A stretch of 64,000 nt of DNA, from the NCBI GenBank assembly GCA_030265395.1, contig JARFYF010000053.1, positions 32,993,788-33,057,787 on the forward strand, given 5' to 3'. The stretch is from Rhina ancylostomus (Eukaryota). Positions 45,001 to 57,000 of the stretch are shown here, one piece after another. Every line of letters starts with the position of its first letter. The first letter of the stretch is position 1. Under the pieces are notes generated by a model. The model saw nothing but the letters and a program-made list of their open reading frames with translations. It was not told the origin of the DNA and ran no database searches. The translations under genes were made by a program, and so were the position numbers.

Positions 45001-48000
45001 AACTTTTAAGTAATATTGTATCTGTTATGATGGGACTGTTTTCCTGGGAAAATAAGGAAATTAGAATTGTTTATTTGGAGGTGGGCTGGTTCACTTGAAT
45101 TTACTGGAAGCTACATTCTGGAACAATTTGAATTCCATCAGCTGGGGAATTTAAGTTCAATTAAATAAACCAGGAATAAAGTTACTATTAGTACTGATGA
45201 CTTTGGAACTACCAACATGGTTGACTCTTAACTGCCCTCTGAAATAAATAATTTAACAGATCACCAGTTCAGGGGAAAATTAGTAATGGACTGTGGATGC
45301 AGACCTTGCCAGCAATATCCATGACCTGTGAATGAATAAAAACAACCAGATCTTGCCAAAATTTTACTCCATCCTAAGCAGGATGTGCATTTGTCCTTTA
45401 GAACTGGGGATGGAGTACATTAAATACATCTAAGTAATGGAAATTTTCGATCATTAATTCAAGATTTAAATGTAAACATGAAGAGCATAAAACAGCAGAT
45501 GCTAGAAATCTGAAAAGGAAACAGAAAATGCTTGGGATGCATAGGTCAGGCAGCATCTGTGTAAAGAAACAATTAACATTTCAGGTTGATGACCTTTCAT
45601 CAGAACTGGATGAACAAAACAGATGTGCAGGGGCTAGTAGGTGGCGACAAAGATTTCCCAGATAACACTATTGTGATCAGTGCCTAAGAGGACAATGAAT
45701 CATTGCTGATCTTAACAAGCATTCATCACCCCTTAGACTAAAACAGCATGTCACACAATCTTGGTATTCACTCTGACATGGATATTTCCTTTGTTCTTTC
45801 CAACTTACTGCCACTCCCACAACTCAAATCATTTCTCACTTATAGGTCTGATGAAAAAGCCTGAAAACGCCATGTCTCTCTCCAAAATCCTGCTAAGCAT
45901 CTCCAGGATTTTCTGTTGAGGGTTAGCAAGTAGAAGTCAGGTGTTTAAAATTAAAGCCAGTTTGAAAGAATGAAGGACAATGTTAAAGCAATTGCCAATG
46001 GAGTAGCACAGAGAATACAAGTATTTTATGTTCACAGTAGAGCACAAGACATTTATACAAAATCATTTTGATCTTTCAGACAGTTATATGGCTGACCTTT
46101 CAAACGATGACAGTGAACTTTTGTTGCTATGCTATTAGAGAGCAACCCAGCTTAATAGCAAAACATTGTTCAAGAGGGAATAAGCATATTCTTGAAAACA
46201 ATACACGCTATCTATTCCAGGACATTGCTTCAGAGTATGGCTACATTTGGTTTGAATTATCAAGCAATGAGTCTGATCACAAAAAACCACCAAAATTAGT
46301 AAATCAAGTTGACCATACATACTGTTTATTTGTTTCCATGGAGAAAGAAACTTTATCTCCTGTTTCAAGTTGGACATTTCCATCAACATCTTCAGGTGTA
46401 TATGTCAGATAAAACACTTCCTAAACCAAAAAGCAGTCAATTAGATCTGGTGGCTGAAAATACAATCACAGCAAAATAATTAAAAGTTAGCTTGTTAAAA
46501 TGGTTAAACTACAAAAGTAATTGTCAGATTTGTATGCCAAGACATTATTTATGAATGAGTGATCTTTAAACTAGCCAGTGGGGAAATTACACAGCTGATG
46601 CTAATCCATTTTTCCTTTCATTTTTCACCAGTTGGTTTAGATTTGCAATGCTCCATATTGAGGGTTTCACTAGTCAATACAGGTCTAAATTAGTTTTTTG
46701 ACAATTGATTTAATTGTGCACATGACCAGCAGTGACAAAAGTAGTCTCAATCTCACCGAAATGCCAGGATAATTAGCCAAGTGCATTCTACCTTCACACA
46801 AATATCTAGATCTACAGACAGCCCTGGTCAGTCAGAAGGAACTCTGACCAACTGCTCCAAACCCAGAGCACCAAGGCCAAAGGCATGCTGAAAGGTCCTA
46901 ATACAGCATGGATGGGAAATAGAATCTTGTGCTTTTCTCATCTCTATAACATTATTAAACTGATGAAACACCAGAGGAAATACTGGTTCAGCTTCCAAAG
47001 AGATATTTATATAGGGTACCACCACAATTAACTTGCCATTAATTCTCCCCCCCCCTCCTCCTCCTCCCCAACCCCTGCTTTTTAAAAACACTTGTCTAAT
47101 TGGCATTATGCCTTATAATAAGCAAGCTGACAAAATGCTTGATTGAGCTCTTGGACAAGCTGCTATAACATTTTTGAATTCCTTCACCACCTTATGATAT
47201 CTCCAAAACCATAGTGACCAAGAAATTAGTATGTGGAGATTGAGGGGGGCAATAAAAGCAAACATTTTTAGGCCAATTACAATGTTTGCTTTAATATAAA
47301 AACCACAGTAGAACAGAGATAAGAAGCCACTCAAAATTTAAAGAAATCCTAGTTGAGTATCTGATTTTGAAATTAGTAGAAAACCATAAAATGCCAAGTT
47401 CCCATTTTCCCCACGTTTCAGCACTGAAGAGGGCTAACAAGATACCGAGTTTACCAATCCCCTGATGCTGCAAGCAAGCTGTAGCCTTGAAATGGTACGT
47501 TATTTAACACTCAAATGAGTATTTTGATGAGGGCGCAAGAGTTTGATGACAGCAACATTGTTAAGAAGGGCAAATTTCCCCAAAGCTCTTGCATCATGGT
47601 GGCAAAGGAAAAACATTCGCTGTGTGGAAAAAGACATTACGCACATGCTCAACATATTACACAGAAGTATTATGAAATTCCTCATAGGTCAGTCTCCCAT
47701 ATACACTTGGGTTTAGTTCTGAATTTGCCAATTAAGAGTTTTACTCTTGTATGTAATTGCTTTCCCCTATAAATAACATGCTTCAAACAATAACAGTATC
47801 GAGGCAAAACCCCAAATTCAGACAAGGGAAATGGGCAGACATTCTATAGAAATTGTAGTTACAGTAATAATTCCCTGCAAGACAAGCCTGGCACTAGAGA
47901 TGCCTAAAGCTATTTACTTAAAGATGATAAAAACAGAATGGCAGGTGGTAGTGTTTTAGGGTCCTTTGAGACTGCACTTTTGATCTTTGGAAAAAGTGTA

Positions 48001-51000
48001 ATGATTTCAGAGTGATCAGTGGATGAAGAATTTAACTGCAGGTGGTCTTGTTACCAAGTTACCTATCTGCCTGTTCTCCCATTGTATACCACCTTTAATG
48101 CAGAGAGTTAAAATTAAGAAATGGATTCAACTCTCAGCATAATTAGAAAAGGGCCAACACTAATCTCTTGCACACATTAGCTGTGCCTGGATATTATGGC
48201 ATATTCTCAAATGCTACCTCTATTATTGACATTCAAACACCGGCCCATGTCTTTTGTTCAATTACAGTAGCAGATCTCATTCCCCATCAATATCTAGAAT
48301 GGAGCTTTCAAACAGATTCTCCTCACATGCATCTGATGTAGGATATCAATGTCAAGATTCCTCCTCTTCTGTTCAACCAAAACAGTGTCTGCTCTTTTAT
48401 CAGAGTGCTAGGAGCAACTACTAGAACACGTTAGACGTACTCATCACAGCAGGGAGGATTCAAGAATACAGCATTTCCTACAAGTTGTCAAAATCCAGAG
48501 CTAAAAAGAAACAATAAAAGCCACCTTACAACAATCCATTTTGTATTTAAAATCTCCCTCTGCTGTCCTACCTGCATTAAAAAATGCCATGGAAGTAGAG
48601 CCTGAATAAAGACCAATTTAACAGAACTAAGCATACCTGGAGCTTATTGTCTCCTTGCACAACGATAACCTACAACATGATACTGCATTCTGTAAACTGA
48701 AAAAATACTGCAGCTTTCATAGACAATGATGTTGCATTTCTTATTGGTACCTGGCTTGCATTCTTGAAAAGTTTCTTTCACTTTGTGACAGAACAACTCC
48801 ATTAACAGCTAAAATCTTTTCAATTACTTTTTTTTTACTCACTCAAGTTGAGAGATATCCTCAATTCCTTCAATATCGTCATGAGGAGCTAAATAGTCAT
48901 CATTTGCATTTTACTGGGGCTAAAAAGTTTGACAATAAAGAAACAGGAAAGGAGAAATTATCTTTGACAAAAGCCTAAACAGATAATTAGATGGCTTCTA
49001 GAAAAAAGTGAAAATTTGAAAATTGGTAATATTAAGTGAATTGTTAATGTGAAATCACTTCTAGTGTTTTCTGTTATTGCATGACGCTCTATTACAACTA
49101 GCATGACAGTATTTCTTGAATGCTAATAACTTCCAAATCAAATTATGGTGGCACTGAGTGGAAACCAGGAACCTCGCCACAGGAGCCAAAGACTTGGTTA
49201 TCCATCTTCTTTCACATATTCTTCCCATCAGTTTTAAACAAAGCATTCAACCACAGGATATTACAGAAGGTCCGGTTTAGACATGGGATTGGAATTTAAA
49301 GGTAAATGGGGCTTGTTCCTGTACTGTACATTTCCACATTCTAGTTCAAAAACAAACATTGAAGATGCTGTCAATCTGAAAAACAAAATTCTTGAAATAC
49401 TCAGGTCAGGGAGCATCTGTGGGGAAGGCTGAAGATTCTTTACCAGAACCAGGAAAGGAACATTAAAAGGTAGTTTCAAGTTACAGTGAGGATGGAAAAG
49501 ACAGGGAATATCTATGATAGGGCAAGGCCAAGTCAAATGGGTTAATGGGGATAGTTGGAGAGTGATTATGCTTCTTTGCCCTGTTGCATTACTAATAGCA
49601 AGGCCCTTCACACTTTAATCCATGACACTTTGGATACCCTCTGCCACTGAAGTTTCCAGTTACCTAGCCCCTAGCCCTAACTGGATTGCCCTTTACCATG
49701 GATGTAAAAATCTCTCCACGCACTTCCATCCCAGACTAGGAAGGGCTGAGCACCCTCTGGCCCTTCCTTGAACCAGTTCCTCTAGAGTAACACTCATTTA
49801 GGTCTGGTTGAACTTGTCCTTTCATTGAACTTCAAACTCCACTCCATTCACTTTCTCCAAATTTAATATGAACTATGGGAACTCTGCACTAGCAAGGTCA
49901 GAGCCATCATGTCCTCATCTTCTACTCCTGCAGTATTCCCATTCAAAGGATCATCCTCTGCAATTCCCACCAGCTCCAATGAGATTCCAGCAGCAGATGC
50001 ATTCCCCTCCCCTTTCAGCATTGCATAGGGACTGTTCCCTTCAGGAATCCATCTGCTCTTCCATGCCCAACCATTCAATATTTTTCATGTCCTTTCAACT
50101 CTTCCCTTCCTACTATCCAGGACCAAGTCTTTACAGGTGAAGCAATTTACTAGCACTTTCAATTGTGTTTTGCATTTCATGTTCAATGTTGTCTCTATTA
50201 CATGAGAGAAACAGGTTAGGCAATTGCTTTGTGAAGTGCTGTATTCTATCTGCAGGAATGACCATCTGTTTTCTGCCACCAACCACCGATCTCCATCCCA
50301 CTCCCATTCTGACCCATGGCCTCCTGCATGGCTGTAAAAAGATCCAAAAATCGTGAGGAACAACACCCACCTGGGAACATTGCAGCTTTATGGAATCAAT
50401 ACTTAATTCCCCAGCTTTAGGTAAATTGCTTTGTCTATGATACTGGCTCAGTTGTTTTCTTTTAAGGAGAGTGACCAGCTGGGCATGTTCCACAGCTCCA
50501 TAATTAGCAAATCGCAATTAAGCATAACCACTCCAAATGCCCCATTAACCCATTTGACCTGGCCTCATCTAACCAAGATATTTCATTTATCCTTTCACCA
50601 CCTTCGCAGCAACTAACTGGAGTTTGTGCAGGCTGGTAGATTAATTACCGTAAAGTGCTCCCAGTGTGTGGATAAGTGGTAGAGAGACTGAGTGTGCATG
50701 CAGAGGGAAGTGTGCACATTTGGGGAGAAAAGGTGGATGGGAATGTGGGGAAAATGGAGGACAGGAATAGCATGAAAGTGGGTTAGTGTGGACTTTATAG
50801 GCCTGCTTCCACGCCATGGCTCTAGAATATAAACTACCTTTTATATCTTGCCCACTTCTGATGGGTCTTCAACCTGGAATATTATTTCTTTTCACAGATG
50901 CTGCCTTACTATTCTGTTTTCACAAATTTAGACTAATGCCCTTAATATTTTGTTCATAGGGATATTAATTGCACAGTATGCTTTGATCAAAAGATTGTCT

Positions 51001-54000
51001 GAAATTTTCATAAAACTTAGGTGCAGACAAATTATGCTGAATATTTCAATCAATTGCACAGTTCAGCAATAACTGGCATGTGCACTCATCTTTACCGAAT
51101 TGAAAACTGCTCTTTTCAGCACATTAATACAAAGCAATTTCCAGATCAAAAGCATCAATTCAGAAATCCGTCCAGCTACTTCCCATCAATCGCACTTGCA
51201 CATATTTTCCATGTCAAACACAAACAACTCGCACAGTAACACTAGTATTTAAAATTTGATCACAATGATCACGTGCACCTACTGCTGGTGAAAACAGCAC
51301 ACACTGAAGAACAGATCAAAGGAGTCTTCCAGATGAGATTCTAATCCACACTAGACCCCTCCTCAAATGTTATTGGTGTTTCAGCCACCTTACCTCCTAC
51401 ATTACCATTGCCACTTCTCCACAACACCCTAAACCCCACCACAGCCTCCCAGCTCATGATCCCAGCCCAATCCAAACCCTTACCTGCTGATGAAACACCA
51501 TCCTCTTATCCAATCACTACAAACATCACCTTTTGATTGACAAATCAAATGTTCCCTTATCACCCAACCATACCCTACCCCATGCACTGATTTCACAACC
51601 CCACAACTCATCTATCTGTACTTTACCCAACTAGTGGTATGATGTATGCAAACAACAGTTGACTTGCTCAAACTTTTCTGATCCACGATCAACGCCTACC
51701 AACACCCAACGCTCTAAATCATCCTACACTTCCCTTACCCACAAATCACTTGCATTGAATTTACAAAGTCCTTTGTGCAATCCCCACCAGAGCCTTGGGT
51801 ACCTGATGGGAGACCCACTGTGGACCAGCACAGAACCAATTAGCACAAGGACAATTATTACACCTCTGCAGCACTGGTGAAATTCTAACCACTTGTTGCT
51901 TCTCCACTCCTTCATGAAAAAGCAAGCGTGAGAATTGTGTTTCATGCATCCCACTGACTTGATGAATATTCCAACATACCACATCATTACTGTGGCCATA
52001 GGCAATGTTTCACAATCTAAAAAAGTGAATTGTAATCCCAACCAAAAAGAATCCAAAAGCAGAATATTCCACTCCAGCTTAGAGCTACTAGATGCAGACA
52101 ATAGATCAAACGTCCTCCCTGTAACTGGAGACTATCCAATGATCAACAGACCCAAGACTCACCACGTGTAGAACCAATCCAACTGTCCTCCATTGATCTA
52201 TTTTCTTCTCATACTATACTTGGCAAGACAGCTTAGCCCATCAAGTCCATTATAGCTCCTCCTCCCCCACTGCTCTATACTCCTGCAACTTAACCTTTCA
52301 TATTCCCATCAATTCTCTATTCTTTTGCTATTAACCTATATCAGTAGATTTTAATAGCAGACAATTAATCTGCTAGCATACCTTTGGATGGGGAGGAAAT
52401 TGGAGCACCAAGAAATTAAGTCATGACAGAATGTGCAAACCCCACACAGCACCTGAAGTGAGGAATGAACCTGGGCCCCTNNNNNNNNNNNNNNNNNNNN
52501 NNNNNNNNNNNNNNNNNNNNNNNNNNNNNNNNNNNNNNNNNNNNNNNNNNNNNNNNNNNNNNNNNNNNNNNNNNNNNNNNNNNNNNNNNNNNNNNNNNNN
52601 NNNNNNNNNNNNNNNNNNNNNNNNNNNNNNNNNNNNNNNNNNNNNNNNNNNNNNNNNNNNNNNNNNNNNNNNNNNNNNNNNNNNNNNNNNNNNNNNNNNN
52701 NNNNNNNNNNNNNNNNNNNNNNGTCAAATTCAGATATGTGGAATGCCATTTTTACATCAAGTCATTTATAGTTGAAACTCCATTGTATGCCACCTTTAAT
52801 GCAAGAAGTAAAATCAATACAGAAATGGATTTAACTTAGTACAGTTAGAAAAGGGCCAACACTAATCTCTTGCACACATTAGCTGTGCCTGGATATTATA
52901 GCATATTCTCAAATGCTACCTCCATCATTGACATTAAAACACTGGCCCATGGTCTTGTTGCTCAAGTACAGTAGCAGATATCTCATTCCCCATCAATAGC
53001 TAGTTGAACCCTAAGAATAAAGCTTTCAAACAGGTTCTCCTCCCACCCACTCCCAACTGTCCCCAATTTGGGAGGAGGAGAATTTTGGCCAAAGCAACTC
53101 TATACTCAAATTGTCCAAGGAATGTATGCACAATATACTGAAGGTAAACCTTTCTTTAAAAAACAAATCTTGCTGGTTATTTCTCAAACAGAGTAAAGCA
53201 CAGAGGCCAGCAAAAAAATTTAGTTATACATTTGGAAACTTTAACTTGGCAAAAAGGNNNNNNNNNNNNNNNNNNNNNNNNNNNNNNNNNNNNNNNNNNN
53301 NNNNNNNNNNNNNNNNNNNNNNNNNNNNNNNNNNNNNNNNNNNNNNNNNNNNNNNNNCTAAAATAAAGGAGAATTCCACAAAAACTTGTCAAAATTCAAA
53401 AGGCAGGAAGTTTAAACTAAACTCAATATCAGCAGGTTGTAAATTTATAGCTTTCCAACATTATCCTATACAGGTGGAATTAAATTGCAGGAGCATATGG
53501 GGAGAAGCAATCTAAAGAAATCAAGTGGATTTACTGGATTTTCTCTCTCATGGTATGTAGAGGATAATGCAGAATGAACTAGAAAAACATTAAAACATTC
53601 AGGGAAAAACAAATCTAGGGCAATTCTGTCCTTCCAAAAGTAGTTGAATAGATGTTGAACTCCATTTGATTTTCCCATTTCCACCTTGTGACAACTGAGC
53701 AAGAATCTTTGAAGGTTCTGCTGTTACCAGATCCTGAAGCAAATCAGAAAACCTTTTGCAATTATGATTCTTGATCAAAGCTCCAATTAATGAGTATGGA
53801 GTCATTACAACAGTTTCAGATACCTCTGCATGTGGCCAATCATTGAAATATTTAAAGCATTTTCCATAATGTATTGCAGTTGATGTTTCAACTTCAAGAG
53901 ACCAACTCTGAGGAAAAGTAGACATTAGGCAAAGTAGAATCTTCAAATTAATGCAAGGTGAAATGAGCTTTACAGTTACTCTGGCTTACTAACTTTGGAA

Positions 54001-57000
54001 TGTTTACTTGAAATAATCTACGACATTAGAACAAGATTGCAAGAGAGAAAGATTTGAAGTATACAGCTTTGAGGTTTGTAGAAGCCAACCACTCACTTTG
54101 AACAAAATACAATATCTGTGCCCCCTGCAACCAACCCCCTCCCCATGCAAGTATGATAATCTAATCTTTTCCCCACTGGAAACTTCCAAATGAATTGACA
54201 GAATCTTCCACTTCAAAAAAAACAGCAAGGACCAAGGAGCCAAATGCTTGCAAGGCTAAAATATTGTGCCCAAATAAACTGAATGATTTCAACATCACCC
54301 AAAAAACTATTATAGGCACTTATCCCATTGTATTACTTAAAGCTGTGGCAAAATTATGTCTGTTTACACAGGGCAGCTTGGGACAAAAATCTGACCAAAA
54401 TCACAAAATGCAGAATAGCCCACATTTCTCAGGACAACCTTACCTAATGCTGTCAACTTGTATACCTCTGGGATCCAGAAATTCTCATGACCCACGTGCT
54501 TATCCCTCCAACCCATCTATATCTTGTTTAATACATATATAGAAATAGATACCGTCCCCTTAAACCAGTACAGGGTGGTATCTTGGAGCTTGCTAGAGGC
54601 ATCATCTGCAGTCAGAAGTACTGAAATCAATGCTGATAACACTCTGCAAAGGATCCAGTGTTTTTCAGGGACTGAAACACGCATTTGCATTAAATTTAGA
54701 GTGAAACATCTTCCAGTTGTTTAAAGTCATGCACAGCATTCACTGAAGGAATGAGCTTGGAGCCAGAATCCTGCAGTTGTAGAACTTGATTAATACTTCA
54801 ATCCTACATTTGGACATTTTCATGCTTATGGCAAAAATTGTTGTTGCTTAATTTTGCATATTACTAAGTTTTAGACTCTAGTTTTGCAAAGATTAAACTA
54901 TTTAAAACTAAAGTTAAGCTCTGAAGGAACAATTTTCCATGATCTTTATTCAAATGCTACCCAAATGATAAAAGCCAAAATTAACACAAAGATTACTGGG
55001 GTGTGGAAATTAATTTGAGGCAAGAGGTTACCCATATTTATTGGAACCATCTAATTTAAAATCAATCTGGCTGACATATGCATGCATGCCTAAACTCAAG
55101 TGCCTGTATGGGCGACCTACCTGAAAGATCATTTATTACCTGGAAAGACAAAATCCAATCTTACCCCATTGCGTTCATAGCACACACTGCCTGAAGTCTG
55201 ACCAGGAGATGAAGGTTTCAGCCCAGATTTGTTCTCAAGGTTAAGGGGAGCAGCACAGACAACCTGGACATACCATGACATAACAAAGAATAATGTCAGG
55301 AGGGTACATGAAGGCTTTCCAGGGGTTGAAAATGCCACTGGTCAAAGGCCCCAGGTGTGTCTAGTTTTGGGTTTAGACCAGCAGAAAATATTCCTCCAAT
55401 GCCTTATGAATTGGTAGAAGAAAAATGACTCGTAGTACCAGATTTCTGCCACTATTCTATTCATATTGCACATCTAGCAGCAGTAATTCGGTACTGAAAC
55501 TATCAGACCTGCAATGGCCTGACAAACTGATTAAAATTCCAGTGTCTGTTTCCAAAACCACTACATCTAACTTTTCAACCCCTGATTTCCAGATGATTTG
55601 TTGGCAAAAACAGTTCTCTTACAAGGTCAGAAACTTTTTGTTGTAGACAACAGTCAAAACATTTGATGACAATGTTCCATTAGAGAAAGGTAACTTGCAC
55701 ACCAGTAAGTGTAGTTTCATTGAAATATGAAGATATTATCCTCCACATACCATGGGGGAAGAAAGAAAATCATGATGCAATGGGGTAATCACTATTCATC
55801 TGTCCCTTTAAGAGATTTGCCCTTGAGCATTCCCATTTTAGTCACCGTCACTGGTGGTTACGCCTTCAACTACTTAGTTAGCACTTCAAAATCTACCTTT
55901 CATAAGGTTTAGGTCATCCACTCCAATTCCTCCTTATGAGGCTTGGAGTCACATTTTGTTTTTAATTATGTTGCTGTAAATGTCTAGGATATTTTACATG
56001 AAAAGATGTACACAGTTATTGATTATTGAACTCCTTTTCCAAGTTACGTGTAGAAAAATTCTTCAACTCCACTTCAAATATATATCATTAATTTTGAAAA
56101 GGGTACTTACATTAAGTATCCTGCATCAAAGCAGATCAGACTGAGCTTCCTAGAACCAGGAACAAAGTACAACAAAATGGAAAGCTATATCTCAAGAACC
56201 TGATTATTGAAGCAAGGTCTAGAACTGGTTCGGAGTGGTGAATAAAGGACAAGTTGAGTGTAACTTCAACACAAAATAGAAATTGAGTAATTTTTTTCCA
56301 TTATCCTCCACACACCATGCGCATTTCCACAACAGAACCTCAGAAGCAGAAGACTATATTCTACTAACCAAATATCCATTCATTAGCAACCAAATCATAG
56401 CATTTAGAGTATATATGGCCATTCTGGTCTACATTAAGTAATAAAAAGTTAGAATGTTGTTAAACCTAGAATTCAGATACTGCAGGAATTTAAAAGTTAC
56501 CACAAGAAAGGCTCACTAATCTCAAAAACATTAGTCACTCACCCTACAGGCTGACACTCAAGCCACAAAAATGACACTTCCCTACCTTTGATATGGTCTT
56601 AACTAATGAATAAACAAACCCATACTAACACTCACTACTCTCCCCCTTCATAATTTTAGTAGCATAGATTACCCATTCAGCCTCACTACTGGAGTACAGA
56701 ATGCAGTTTATAATTCTTGTGCATCACAATGGAAGTGTTCTACACCATCTTTTAAAATATAAACACTGCAGACCACAAGACATTATGAAATGCACACAAG
56801 GCAAGCTAATGATGCTGCCAAAAATGAGATCATTCCTCACCACCTAGTGAAATATTGGATGACATTCAAATCAAACATGTAACCGCAGACCAGTTAAACT
56901 GTTATTTTTAATTATCAAATTGAGAAAAAAAACAAATGCTCCTGTTTCAAGAACAAAAAATTGGAATTACCCAACTTCTTTCTGCTCTAGATTCAAATAA

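Noticed and set aside
48147-48246. GGGCC...GGCCC-UUUU segment as a vault or Y RNA, or a U6 fragment (AGAUUAG..UGGCCC)
   Set aside because: No Pol III A/B boxes, no Ro-binding motif, and the U6 similarity is short. Homology between the two copies extends well beyond this stem on both sides.
48147-48341. Plus-strand open frame [17 protein letters not shown]... shared by the duplicated element
   Set aside because: No start codon, the frame diverges and stops early in the second copy, and no family was recognised.
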